64,000 bases of DNA, from NCBI RefSeq assembly GCF_004010195.1, contig NC_057746.1, forward strand, positions 34,512,096 through 34,576,095, read 5' to 3'. The notes beneath the pieces were generated by a model that was given only the letters and a program-made list of their open reading frames with translations, did no database searches and was not told where the DNA came from. Of the stretch, positions 13,880 through 25,350 are shown piece by piece. The stretch comes from Chiloscyllium plagiosum (Eukaryota). Within the stretch, counting starts at the first letter, position 1. Each line of letters starts with the position of its first letter. A program made the translations under genes and the position numbers.

Positions 13880-14601
13880 AGAGCACACAAACAGAAGCTT
13901 CAGTCTAACCCATCCATGCTGACCAGGTATCCCAAATGAATCTGGTCCCATTTGCCAGCACTTGGCCCATATCCCTCGAAACCCTTCATATTCATATACC
14001 CATCCAGGTGCCTTTTAAATGCTGTAATTGTACCAGCCTCCACCACTTTCTCTGGCAGCTCATTCCATGCATGCACCAACCTCTGTGTGAAAACGTTGCC
14101 CCTTAGATCCTTTTTATATCTTTCCCCTCTTACCCTAAACCTGTGCCCTCTAGTTCTGGATTCTCCCACCCCAGAGAAAAGATCTTGTTTATTCCTCCTA
14201 TTCATGCCCCTCATGATTTTGTAAACCTCTATAAGGTCACCCCTCAGCCTCCGACAGCCCCAGCCTATTCAGCCTCTCCCTGTAGCTCAAATTCTCCAAT
14301 CCTGGCCACACCATCCTTCCTGTAGCAGGAAGACCAGAATGCACACAAGGTTCCAAAAGTGGCTGAACCAATGTCCTGTACAGCCGCATCATGACCTCCC
14401 AACTCCTACGCTCAATGCGCTCACCAATAAAGGTGAGCATACCAAAGACCTTCTTCCCTATCCTGTCCACGCGTCTCCACTTCCAAGGATCCGAAATTAA
14501 TCTAGTCCCATTTGCCAGCACTTGTCCCATTCCCCTCTAAACCCTTCCTATTCACGTCCCCATCTAGACACATTTTAAACATAGTAATTGTATCAGCCTC
14601 C
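13880..14601 (-). mobile_element. CR1 LINE 3' fragments
   Basis: ORF2 C-terminal remnants (SRTRGHRFRVRGERYKKDLRGNVFTQR) on the minus strand. Confidence 0.85.
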
Positions 14602-14779
14602 TAAGTTGTGGGTTTGGCCAGAATCTGAGTTAAGTGAAAGGAGCAGGGTTCAGGGATTGCAAAGAGCAGGAGAAAGGACGCGTTGCAAAGCAAACGGAGA
14701 TGCCGTCAATCACTTGGGCCGTTAAAACAAGCAGCATTTCCTCACACAGAGACCCGCGTTGACAGAGCTGCAGAGGGAG

Positions 14780-15274
14780 ATGACCTTCCATCTGCTGCAG
14801 ATCTCTGAGCAGGACAAGCTGCTGGGCAAACCGGCCTTCAAGGTGCTAGGCTCCCTGGTGCTGGCCACAGTCTTCTGGGGCTTGCAGGAGATGGCCGAGC
14901 TCGGCTTCCAGTGCCCCTGGCTGGCCGGCTACAACGAGGTCTACGGCGTCTCTTTCCTGCTGGTGCCCGCCCTGGTGCTTACCCTGCTCGGCGTCTTCCT
15001 GCACCGCGAGTGCCTGTTGGGCTGGAGGGGGCCGGCGGCCAAGGGAGCTGGGAGCTCAGCGCAGCCGCCTCCTGGTGCCCGTGCGCCGGGCTCCTGGAGG
15101 CTGGTCACCTCGCTGCGGGTCTTCTATCACGCCTGGGTGTGGATCATCGTGGTGCTGCTGGACGGGGACTGCTACACCTGCGTGCAGTACTTCCTCCGGC
15201 TGCACGGCCCCAGCTCCAGCTCGAAGCCCGGGGAAGATTCCGAGCTCGTCCGTGTCCTGCACTTCGAGTCTCGG
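14780..15274 (+). CDS. Calcium homeostasis modulator (CALHM/FAM26)-family channel, exon 1 (TM1-TM3)
   Basis: ATG at 14780. FQCPWLAGYNEVYGVSFLLVPALVLTLLG and WIIVVLLDGDCYTC match CALHM family motifs. GC-rich; ends CGG|gtgagt at the family's phase-0 intron just before TM4. Confidence 0.88.
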
Positions 15275-16360
15275 GTGAGTTTGGTGACAGGGATGGGAGG
15301 GCGCCGGGTCCCTTGGCTGCAAGGCCATTCCCACCCCAATAAAGCTCTGCTATCCCTTTTGCAGCCTTACCTTCTCCCATTCCCCCCCCCCCCCCCCCCC
15401 TCCCAGTCTCTTTCACCATCTGTCGTCGTGGGATTCCCCTGGACATTACCTGGGTCTGTGGATGAACAATCCAGTGGTAATATCACTGAGCCATTACCTC
15501 CCCTACTTCTGCTCCTACGTTTTATGATCTAAAGCACGAAAAGGAAGTCTTACTTCTGTCATATCCGTCTTAATGACCCAGAAATTAATTATCCTCAGAA
15601 TGAATCAACTATTCAGTAACTATTGCTGGTAGAGGTATAATATATAACATCGTATATTAATTCCTGTAGCACTCTCCAGTCCAATTATGTCTGAAACAAA
15701 CGCACGGAAGTGCTGGTGAAACTCTGCCGGTCTGGCAGTGCCTAGATAAACAAGAGTTAACATATCGAGTTAACATATGGCTGTCCCTCGGAAGTGAAAA
15801 GGGTTGGAAAATATTTCCTCTTTTTTTACTTTTGCCAGAAAGTTGTTGATGGCGGAGTAAGTAAAAAACGAGTCAAAAGCGTGAGAAGGGGAGAATGGGT
15901 CCTGTTTACTGAAAGCAAAAATAAACAGGATACCATAAGACGGGGGACGGTGATGAGAAGGCAAGAAAAATGGGGAACCAGCATAACAGTGATCAGTTTC
16001 TGAGTGTTGAGACTTCGAGCCTGCGAAGTGCCTCGGCGGGACATGAGGTGTAATCCCTCGAGCCTGTGTTGCGCTTCTGTGGAATATTGTAGCTGTCAGG
16101 GGATGGAAAACGTTAACACGAGAAAAGACCATCTCTTTGCTCAGTCTCGCCCTCCAGTCCCGTTGTCGTTTCAATGTTTCCAGCAAGGGAGCTGGTCTCA
16201 CCGTGATACACAAGAGTGAAGTTCCCTTGCATATTAGGCAGAAGTGGGTACTGTGGATGCTGGGGATTAGAGTCAAGACTAGAGTGGTGCTAGAAAAGCA
16301 CAGCAGGTCAGGCAGCATCCGAGGGGCAGGAGAGTCGACGTTTCGGGCAAAGGGGCCCAA

Positions 16361-16531
16361 AGGATAGGGTAAACAGACAAAGTATTTTCCCTGGGGTGGG
16401 GGAGTCCAAAACTAGAGGGGCATAGATTTAGGGTGAGAGGGGAAAGATATAAAAGGGACCTAAGGGGCTGGTCGGCATGGACGGGTTGGGCCGAAGGGTC
16501 TGTTTCCGTGCTGTACATCTTTATGACTCTA
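16361..16531 (+). mobile_element. CR1 3' end fragment in CALHM intron
   Basis: actagagggcatagatttagggtgagagggg...tgtacatctttatgactctat tail. Confidence 0.75.
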
Positions 16532-16598
16532 TCAGGAACTTCCCTTGCACATTGTCTGACCTCCTGTCTGCTCTTAATCTCTCCCAACACCCGCCCAG

Positions 16599-17189
16599 GT
16601 CATCGGGTTGGCCCTGCTACTGACACTGGTCTCCATCGCAGTTGGCATCAGCTGCTGCCACGTCTCTCGCTGCTGTGGGAGGCCTTACTACTGGTGGGAG
16701 TACCAGCAGATGTACCTGGAGGAGGTGGAGAGACTGCTCCTGACCAACCTGAGGGACAGCGCTGGCCGCCGGGCCGAGAGCAACTTCGGGAGCGAGACCG
16801 ACATGGGCAGCGCGGAAGGCGCCTGGGAGCACATTTCCTCGGTGGGCTTCGCCAAGATCGAGTACCCCGACGACTTCCGCGCGGCGCTGAGGGCCGACGG
16901 GGAGAGCCCCCCGGGCGAGCGGGAGGCAGCGAAGGACCGAGCCGGAGGGGGTGAGGCGGGGCCGGGCGAGCAAGGGGCGGCCGAGCCAGCAGCCCCCACA
17001 GACGGTGTGAGCGGCCCCGCGGGACAGACTGCAGCCCCTGGCCCGGAGGAGGAGGTGGAGCAGGAGGAGGGGGGCAAACCGGGGTGGAGGATCCGGCTGC
17101 GAGGCCACCTCCTGGAGATCAAGAAATCCCTGCGCAGGACATTGGGAAGAAGCGCCCTGAAGAAACCTCACTGCCCGAAAGCCAAGTGA
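16599..17189 (+). CDS. CALHM-family channel, exon 2 (TM4, C-terminal helix, low-complexity tail)
   Basis: ccgcccag|GTC; VIGLALLLTLVSIAVGISCC...YQQMYLEEVERLL...AGRRAESNF aligns with CALHM TM4 and the cytoplasmic helix; spliced protein 361 aa. Confidence 0.87.
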   Translation, partial: VIGLALLLTLVSIAVGISCCHVSRCCGRPYYWWEYQQMYLEEVERLLLTNLRDSAGRRAESNFGSETDMGSAEGAWEHISSVGFAKIEYPDDFRAALRADGESPPGEREAAKDRAGGGEAGPGEQGAAEPAAPTDGVSGPAGQTAAPGPEEEVEQEEGGKPGWRIRLRGHLLEIKKSLRRTLGRSALKKPHCPKAK

Positions 17190-17397
17190 GCAAGGCCGGG
17201 GACCGGCGTGGAGTCGGCGCGGGCTGATCCCAGAGCGGTCTCCCGGCCCCGGGAACCCCGAGGTCTCGGCTGAGTTGGGAACGACTGTTACTCTGAACTT
17301 TTTTACTTCTGCATTTTTTTTTGAATTTATTTCTATAATCTGTTGCGCCGCACTTGTTATTTCTTTATTTTTCTGATCTTTCCCCTCCCCACCCCAA

Positions 17398-17552
17398 GAG
17401 TCACAGAGATGTACAGCACGGAAACAGACCCTTCGGTCCAACCCGTCCATGCTGACCAGATAGCCCAACCCAATCTAGTCCCACCTGCCAGCACCCGGCC
17501 CATATCCCTCCAAACCCTTCCTATTCATATACCCAGCAAAATGCCTCTTAAA
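17398..17552 (-). mobile_element. CR1 3' end fragment in presumptive CALHM 3'UTR
   Basis: gagtcacagagatgtacagcacggaaacagacccttcgg is the reverse complement of the CR1 tail; AATAAA at 17551-17556 sits at the junction. Confidence 0.75.
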
Positions 17553-17658
17553 TAAATCTGTACTTAAGAACTTTTGTCCCCTTGGTACCTTAGTTGTCAC
17601 AGTAAAGTTGTAAACTTTTCACTGCATTCGTGGGACAGCAAAACTAATTCTAATTGTA

Positions 17659-17869
17659 GCTGAAAATGTGTTGTTGGAAAAGCGCAGCAGGTCAGGCAGC
17701 ATCCAGGGAACAGGAGAATCGACGTTTCGGGCATAAGCCCTTCCTGAAGAAGGGCTTATGCCCGAAACGTCGATTCTCCTGTTCCCTGGATGCTGCCTGA
17801 CCTGCTGCGCTTTTCCAGCAACACATTTTCAGCTCTGATCTCCAGCATCTGCAGTCCTCACTTTCTCCT
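17659..17869. mobile_element. Short Penelope-derived fold-back element, family A (young copy)
   Basis: Near-perfect ~85-bp inverted arms; 15-bp TSD ctaattctaattgta (17644-17658, 17870-17884). Confidence 0.88.
17744..17771 (+). ncRNA. Minimal hammerhead ribozyme core motif
   Basis: CTGAAGA-A-GGGC(TTAT)GCCC-GAAA-CGTC; palindromic ACGT stem III, GUC cleavage triplet. Confidence 0.6.
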
Positions 17870-18196
17870 CTAATTCTAATTGTACAGCCACAAACAAACT
17901 CTCCACTTTGAAGGAAATGCCAGAGGTTTCTTGCAATAGGTGGACAGCGGCAAGCCCGCTTTTGCAAACCACCGGGCGTTACCTCCCCCCGTCACTGGGT
18001 GAAGGGGCGAATTAGCAAAAGAGGGTTGATTCAGCAGAATCCAGGCGGCAATATTGACCAGATGGAGGTCGCAGCTGGCTAGTCAGGTACAATCTCCAAT
18101 TGTATCGTTTTAAAATGAACAGAGATGTTGTCCCCATTGTCATGGCCACTGTTATGTCCCTAGATCAAGACCACACACAAAAAATTATAATCATTG

Positions 18197-18452
18197 GATG
18201 GCACGGTGGCTCACAACGCGAGGGAGCCAGGTTTGATCCCACCTTCGGGCGACTGTCTGTCTGTGTGAATTTTGAACATTCTCCCCGAGTCTGTGTGGGT
18301 TTCTTCTAGTCTCCTCCCATAGTCCAAAGATGTGCAGGTTAGAGTGAATTAGCCTTGGGATATGCAGATTTACAGAGTGCGATGGTCTACGCAGGGACGG
18401 TGTGGATTCGGTCAGCGAAATGGCCTCTTTCGCCACTGCAGGGATTCTGTGA
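18197..18452 (+). mobile_element. HE1-type SINE (degenerate)
   Basis: ggcacggtggctca...ttctccccgagtctgtgtgggtttc...gatgtgcaggttag. Confidence 0.7.
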
Positions 18453-18459
18453 TTATGGC

Positions 18460-18463
<4 letters not shown>

Positions 18464-18504
<41 letters not shown>
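18464..18504. repeat. (GT)n microsatellite
   Basis: About 20 GT units. Confidence 0.95.
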
Positions 18505-18505
<1 letters not shown>

Positions 18506-20589
18506 TGGGGGGAGCTTCGTGATGTGAGCATTTTGGCTGCTGCAGTTCCTACGTTCCCTTAGGGCCTACACTTCAAATGTACTTCATTGACTGGGATGCC
18601 TGGTGAATGTGAAAAGCATTATGTCAACGCGAATCTTTCTTTCTCTGATGAATCTGTGAGAAACGAATCTCACTCACTTCAATAATTTCAGTCCGAGACA
18701 AGATCTGAAGCAATCAGTATGTTTATGATACGCTTGCAAGCGTGGTGCCTGGAATAGGGCACGCAGAGTTTAGCAAGTACATATCTTATATAGGATTCAC
18801 TACTCCAAACCTGGTGTCCATTACTATTGTTTATCTCCTGCCTTACCCGGCCTTGTGCATAACAAAGTACAAGTTTTACTTGGCTATTTCACCACATCCT
18901 ACTGTGGTCCATTGTTAAGTATATCCTCCTTCACTGCCATGTTTCCCCCACTTGTGACATTTCCTCCCATTCCTCAACCATATTGAACCTTAGGACATTT
19001 TAATTGGGGTTTTGTTTTTGTTTTTGCAGAAATGGGAAACAGATGCTTATAACTACTGCTTGTACAAGCATATCTGGCTTAACCTACATCCTCACAGCAC
19101 CTTATCTATTTGTCTGTAACATCTACCATTGTTTGCAGGCACGTTTCATTATTGTATGCACATTTTAGCTAATACAAAAACAATTATATATTTCCTTCAC
19201 ATAGTTTTCATCCTTGTTGACTCAGCTCTTAGTTGAAACAATTATACACTGGTGTGAGGTCATTTACCTTGCATAAGTAATTATGATTGCAGAAGTAACA
19301 CTACTTTACTTATATCCCACAAATCTGAATAAAATAGGACACCAGCCGGTTTTGCGTTGGACACCACCGTCATCATCAATGAACTAGGCACCAACACAGG
19401 GAATGGTCAGATCACCAGCCAAAAGAGGTTTTGCCACACATCGATCCTCACATTACCTTGGAAACTTGTTTCTGAGATTGGTTCATCAGCTTCATGTTGT
19501 ACAGCTGAGAAGATTGGAGAAGTGGCGTGGGTAGACTTAGGGATGATTTTGGATATCAAAACTGAAAGAACTGCAGATGCTGTAAATCAGAAACAAAAAT
19601 AGAAATTGCTGGAAAAGCTCAGCAGATCTGGCAGCATGTGTGGAGAGAACGTTTCGGGTCCAGTGAACCTTCCTTAGGACCCCAGTTCCAGCAACTTCTG
19701 CTTTGGGAAATCAATGTCTTCTGTTTGAAGCAGATAACGAACCAGAGGAGTTCACCTCCTTTGTGCTGATCGGTTGGATCACTGCTTCACGAATCTGTGG
19801 AGAATCGGATGTCACGCCCAGTGGCTTGGCACACCGTCCACTTCCCGTTGTCGCTCCAGTTTAGTGGATTATTCATAAATTTTATCAGTCTTAATATAGT
19901 GATGGAAAAGGTCTAAAAGTTTAAGTTCTAAATTGGAGTAAGGCTAATTTCAATGGTATTAGGTAGGAACTTTGAAAAGTTGACATGGGGTGGTGTTCCC
20001 ATGCATCTTCTGCCCTTATCCTATTGGATGGAGTAGCAAATGGAGAATAATCTGAAAAGGGGCACAACTAATTGAAAAAGCAGATTTAAACTTTTTTTTT
20101 AGAAAAAGCACTTGCCTTATATTGTGCTTTAGATGACCAAGAGAGGTCTGAAAATACTACTTTGAACTATAGTCACTAATTTAGGCGCGTCAGCCAATCC
20201 ACCTATAGTGAGATCCCAATGGCTTTGGAAGATGCGGTCCGAGGATTTTGGTGAATTTCTGCAGAGCATTTTGTAGATGGTACACACTGCAGCTACTGAG
20301 CGTCGGGGGTGGAGAAGGTGTATCTAGTACGAATGAAGTGGACTGCTTTGTCCTGGGTAGAGTCAAGCTCTTAAGTGTTGTTGCACAGAACGGAGGTGTT
20401 ACACAAAGCGGTCAACCATTCTGCGATTCATCTTGTCTGTGTCTCGGTTGAAGAAGTGTCACAAGCCTCGAAACATTAACTGTTTTTCTCTGTCTCGATG
20501 GATGCTGCTAACCTTCTGAATGTATCCAGCATTCTCTATTGTGATTAGCTGAGTAACTGTGTCAGACAGAATGTAAGTAGACATTATTA

Positions 20590-20885
20590 TCATGATGTGG
20601 AGGAGCTGGTGTTGTACTGGGATGGACAAAATTAAAAATTACACAAACACCGGGTCCTGAAGAAGGGCTTATGCCCGAAACGTCGATTCTCCTGCTCCTC
20701 GGATGCTGCCTGGCCTGCTGCGCTTTTCCAGCACCACACTTTTCAACACCGGGTTATAGTCCAACAGGTTTATTTGGAAGTACAAGCTTTCGGTGCGCTG
20801 CTTCTTCATCAGGTAGCTGTTGGACTATAACCTGCTTTTGTGTGATTTTAACTTTATTATTATCTAAACAGCATACCTCCTGTGC
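20590..20885. mobile_element. Family B Penelope-derived element interrupted by a family A insertion (20656-20744)
   Basis: Nested insertion with TSD aacaccgggt (20646-20655, 20745-20754); hammerhead motif at 20657-20684 (+). Confidence 0.75.
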
Positions 20886-21679
20886 ATAATCTGTGATGGT
20901 GCATCCTCTGTCACTAGATAGGCCCAAGACAAAACAAAAACAAATGAATAAAGGTAAAAGACTGCGGTTGCTAGATATCTGAAACATTCTAATGATGGCT
21001 AGTCAATTCTGAATCTCAACACATTGCTCATGCTGTCGGATTATTCTCAATGTCTCCCCGGTCCAGCCTCTCGTGTTTCAAGGGGATTGCCTCATTCTTG
21101 TAAACCAAATTTACTCAGCCTCCCATCACTGTACAATTTTACTGTGTTTTCACTGTCCTAGCTAATAACGATGCATCCATTGACATATGACAGAGTGCGA
21201 AATGATCTCATTCTGATGGGATTTTCTGGTTAGGTTTGAAAGGGCTGTTGTGCCATTCGATTTGTCCCACTCCCTGTGCTTCTGTGTTTGTTCTCTCACT
21301 CGAAATTTACTCCCCTCCGGACGTCAGGATCGGCTGAGTGTGCCTCACATCCTTGAAAACGTCAAATATATTCCTCTTGGTGGTCGGAAAAAGGATGGTG
21401 AGGACAGGGCAGAATCGCTGGCTGTGAATCTACTCCATCCGAAGAAATATTTCAAGATTTCTTTTAAAATTGGTCTGCGTTCTCCACAGAGCGCCTCACG
21501 TCTCATTTAAATAACATAAATATATTAATTTGATCTCCCAAGGGTCATTGAACCCGAAACGGTAACCCTTGTTTCCACAGACACCGCCTGAACTGCTGAG
21601 CTTTTCCATCAAGATTTGTTTGACTTTAACCTTCCGCAGTTCTTTCGATTTTTAAACTCTTTTTTCTGAATATGTCAGT

Positions 21680-21695
21680 GGCTCTGAAAAGAGCC
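21680..21695 (-). terminator. Histone 3' stem-loop of H1-like gene A, followed by HDE
   Basis: GGCTCTTTTCAGAGCC 23 nt after the stop, then ACTGA and purine-rich AAAAGAGTT. Confidence 0.95.
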
Positions 21696-21718
21696 TTTTT
21701 CGGTTTTTCATTCTGTAC

Positions 21719-22435
21719 TTATTTCCCCCGTTCCCCAGCCCCTGGCTCAGCCTCCTCGGAGCCGCTCTCTCCTGCTCCCGTCTGTGGTTGAGCTTCCTGC
21801 CCCCCGGGCGGCGGCTCAGCGCCCGGCAACGGCTCCTTGGTCGATTTCCGGGCCGCCCGAATGTGACCACCGGGTCTCCGGACCCCGGTCCCTTTGGCCG
21901 CTTTCCTCCGTCCGCCGGCGGCCCTGCCCTTCTTCCGGCCGCCTGGCGGCGGTTTCTTCCTCCGTCCCGGGCTCCTCTTCCTGCCGCGGGTGGTGGCGGC
22001 TTTCCGCTGCCGACCCCGAGACTTGGGGTTAGCGGCGGCCGCTGCTGCTGCCACCGGGCGGTTCTGACCCTCCGGATGGTGCTGCCGGTTGATTTTAAAG
22101 GAACCCGATGCCCCGGCGCCTGCCGTCCGCAGCAGCGAGCCGGTGGACACCAGGCTCCGCACCGCCTGGTTCACCCGCGAATTGATTCGCGGCACGTCGT
22201 AACCGGCGGCCGACAGCGCCTTCTTGACGCCGGCCAGCGAGAGGCCGCGGCGGTCCCGGGAAGACCCCACCGCCTCCAGGATGTGCCCGGACATGGTAGG
22301 AACTCCCCCGCCAGCGGCCGCTACCTGCCGCACTTTGGGCGCGCTCCTCCGCCGCCGCCGCCCCTTCCTGCCCCGGGAATACTTCGGGAGCAGGTCGCCT
22401 GAAGGCTTGGCGATGCCAGGCGTCGGTCTCAGCAT
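21719..22435 (-). CDS. Histone H1-like protein A (238 aa; Arg-rich, intact winged-helix domain, acidic C-terminal end)
   Basis: ILEAVGSSRDRRGLSLAGVKKALSAAGYDVPRINSRV...GAGASGSFKIN is an H1 globular domain; intronless; stem-loop downstream; first in-frame ATG at 22435. Confidence 0.9.
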   Translation of the reverse strand: MLRPTPGIAKPSGDLLPKYSRGRKGRRRRRSAPKVRQVAAAGGGVPTMSGHILEAVGSSRDRRGLSLAGVKKALSAAGYDVPRINSRVNQAVRSLVSTGSLLRTAGAGASGSFKINRQHHPEGQNRPVAAAAAAANPKSRGRQRKAATTRGRKRSPGRRKKPPPGGRKKGRAAGGRRKAAKGTGVRRPGGHIRAARKSTKEPLPGAEPPPGGQEAQPQTGAGESGSEEAEPGAGERGK

Positions 22436-22512
22436 CCCGTCCCCTCTCTCCGCACACGTCCGTCCCCCACGATGCAGGGACCGAAAATGAGGGACCGCCA
22501 AAGACACCCGAG

Positions 22513-22540
22513 CCTTTTCAAGGTTCAAAGCGAACGTGAA
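22513..22540 (-). promoter_or_regulatory. Putative core promoter of H1-like A (degenerate H4-box plus TATA-like element)
   Basis: CGTTCGC-8 nt-TTGAAAAG, the same spacing as GGTCCGC-8 nt-TATA in the H4 and H1-like B promoters. Confidence 0.35.
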
Positions 22541-23686
22541 AGAGGCGAGTCCTCCGACGAGGAGCAGGCGCGTGGCCCATGTTCCGGCACGTGTCCCTCT
22601 CCAGCCGCGTTCTCGCTCCGCCCACCCCCCCCACCCCTCCACCACGAGTCCCGACCACGTGCTCCAACATCAACTACGCGCGTGCGTGATTGTTACGGCA
22701 GCTTCGCCCGTCCCGACCTGTGTCTGCAAAATCGAACAGAAACAAGCATCCCGCTCGCTTGCAAGTTCCTTCAAACCCCCAAATCCCCGCCAGATCCTCC
22801 CCATGGCGTACGCTGATGCACACTAAGTCTTCGATTGATGTTCCTTTTCTCCAGCTAAAACATGGAGACGTTCATCAGAAAAAGAACTGTCTTCTTCCAA
22901 GTCCATCACATTTTTGCGTCGCTTTTACGGAGTGCTTTTTTTGAAGTGGGGTGATAGAGGGATGCGTGTGCGTGCACGGGGTGGCAGCTTCGTCGTTTCT
23001 AAGGAATTGCCCCTCATATTTGCAACCATTCTTCAATTCTCCCTCTCTTCCCCGACCGTGCATACCTGATGTGCACCCCTGCTGGTTGAACTTGCAATTC
23101 ACAGAAAATCACAGAATTATTACAGTGTGGACAAGCCATTCGGCCTGTTTTATCTACACAATTCCTCTGAATGATCATTATGACTGGGTCAGTCTCTCGC
23201 CCTTTCCCTTTTTCCAGCATAATATTTGCTTTGTCTCGTTGCATCAATGGGCGACAATTGTAATTTAAAACATCTAGTACTGTTAATGAATTAACCCAAC
23301 AATGTTTTGTTGTCCATTTGCTCAGGGTACAGCGAAGTCTATATGGTCCACTCTTTGTGACTATAGTAAACAACACACACTGTGACTGCAGTAAACAGAA
23401 CTCACAACCATACCCAGTACTGTAGTTGAATATCCCCAAATAATAATGGACGCTTATTTCTTTGGAAAATGAGTATACAAATACTGGTGCATCAAATCAA
23501 TCCCAGTCATTTGCAGCAATTGGTTTCCAGTCGTGCATGATTGTTGGAATAACCTGTTCTGGCGGAAGACTTGAGGTTATCACCACCGTGTAGTTAGGTT
23601 ACAACAAAGCATCTTAGACGATGTTAACACAAAAGGTTATAGTTATATTACGACAGAACGAGAATATTTTAAAATTTAATCCCAAA

Positions 23687-24166
23687 TCATAGAGTCATAG
23701 AGACGTACAAATGGAAACAGACCCTTCGGTCCATGCCGACCAGATCTCGCAACCCAATCTCGTCCCACCTGCCAGCACCCGGCCCATATCCCTCCAAACC
23801 CTTCCTATTCATGTACCCATCCAACTGTCTCTTAAATGTTGTAATTGTACCAGCCTCCACCACTTCCTCTGGCAACTCATTCCATACATGCACCACCCTC
23901 TGCGTGAAAAAGTTGCCCCTTAGGTCTCTTTTATATCTTTCCCCTTTCACCCTAAACCTGGATGGACTCCCCCAGCTCAGGGAAAAGATTTTGTCTATTT
24001 ATCCTATGATATCCTATTTAGCCCCTCATGACGCTCCAGGGAAAACAGCCCCAGCCTGTTCAGCCTCTCCCTGTAACTCAGATCCTCCAACCCTGGCAAC
24101 ATCGTTTCAAGTTTCACAACATCTTTCCGATATGAAGGAGACCTGAACTGCACGCAATATTCCAAC
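23687..24166 (-). mobile_element. CR1 LINE 3' fragment
   Basis: KGERYKRDLRGNFFTQRVVHVWNELPEEVVEAG plus CR1 tail. Confidence 0.85.
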
Positions 24167-24382
24167 ATTTTTCATTTTGAAAGGCGGAATGGGGGTGGAG
24201 TTGTGGGGCGGAGGGTGTAGGGTTGGTGGGTGAATGTGGCTGGTCACTGCGGATGTAAATGTAGAATTTGCTGCAACCGAGAATACAGTTCAGTGTCTCA
24301 CAGCGATCAGGGTTCGATTCCACCAAAGTATGACTGTGGAATTTGCACATTCTCCCTGTGTCGACTCCATGGGTCAAATGGT

Positions 24383-24650
24383 ATTATAGTGTGGAAACAG
24401 GACCTTCGGCCCAACAAGTCCACACCGACCCTCCGAAGAGCAACCCACCCAGACCCATTCCCCTACATTCACCCCTTCACCTCACACTAACATAGACATG
24501 GCCAATTCACCTAACAATGGGGGAGGAAACCCACGCAGACATGGGGTGAATGTGCAAACTCCACACAGACAGTTGCCTGAGGCGGGAATTGAACCCGGGG
24601 CTCTGGTGCTGTGAGGCAACAGTGCTAACCACTGTGCCACCATGCCACCC
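24383..24650 (-). mobile_element. HE1-type SINE
   Basis: Reverse complement of the HE1 head (gtgctaaccactgtgccacc) and tail. Confidence 0.8.
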
Positions 24651-25279
24651 CTATTCTTTGGGCCTACACACCAGTGGACTGACCCATTGCAGGGAAAGCA
24701 GTAACGTTAACTGTCTCAAAGTGCACCATTTCCTACCTAAGGACAAAAAAAAACAGAAATTGCTGGAGAAACTCATCAGGTCTGAAGGCATCTGTGCTGA
24801 GAGAAACTGAGTCAACATTTGAATCTAGTGATTCTTTATCAAAAATCTGGCTAGGTGCCATAATTTTCAATATTTTTACAGGCAAAGAGAATCTGTCGGA
24901 TTTGGAAGGCTGAGTTGACAAATGTAATTGAAATATGACAAAGGGAAAACGGGATCTCTAAGGTGGAGTTTTACATTGAGTTACATGTGCCCTGCCTTCA
25001 TCTTTACGTTTAGAGAAATGCCTGCAATATGGCAATGGAACAAAATCACCGTGCCATAGGAATAATGTGTAAATGAAAGGGTAGCTAAATTTTAACCTCT
25101 TTCGTCGCACATGTCTATGAAATTTGACCATATTTGGGATGTTAAATGTAACTAAGGCTTGGTTTCAATACTCAATTACCTAACAGGAGGCATTTTAAAG
25201 ATCTGAAAAAGTATAAATAAAACATTTTATTGATAACAATCTGAAATGCTAATTTTCACACAAAATATCTTTAAAACGC

Positions 25280-25285
25280 TTTATT
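25280..25285 (-). terminator. Candidate poly(A) signal for H1-like B (second AATAAA at 25226-25231)
   Basis: AATAAA ~65 nt past the stop, with TTTTGTGT downstream; the region is AT-rich, so chance is possible. Confidence 0.4.
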
Positions 25286-25350
25286 TTACGATGTGTCTTA
25301 ATACATTTAGTATTTGTATAATGTCCTGTTCAGGGCCCCTTTTTGTGAAG

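Noticed and set aside
14628-14642. IRF-like AAGTGAAAG upstream of the CALHM-like gene
   Set aside because: A single short half-site that is expected by chance; not enough to claim interferon inducibility.
15275-15532. Continuation of the CALHM exon 1 ORF
   Set aside because: Read-through past a strong GTGAGT donor at the family-conserved intron position; contains a poly-C tract and no homology.
16617-17468. 283-aa minus-strand ORF and other ORFs overlapping the CALHM exons
   Set aside because: Antisense or alternate-frame shadows of GC-rich coding sequence; this one starts inside a CR1 fragment.
17659-17869. Hairpin as a miRNA precursor or DNA-transposon MITE
   Set aside because: Multi-copy, asymmetric ends, variable 10-15 bp TSDs and hammerhead cores fit Penelope-type retro-insertion better.
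22436-22645. 70-aa N-terminal extension of H1-like A (and similar extensions given for H4, H3, H2B-2 and H1-like C)
   Set aside because: They begin at GTG/TTG codons in promoter or 5'UTR sequence; eukaryotic initiation fits the first ATG below the TATA element.
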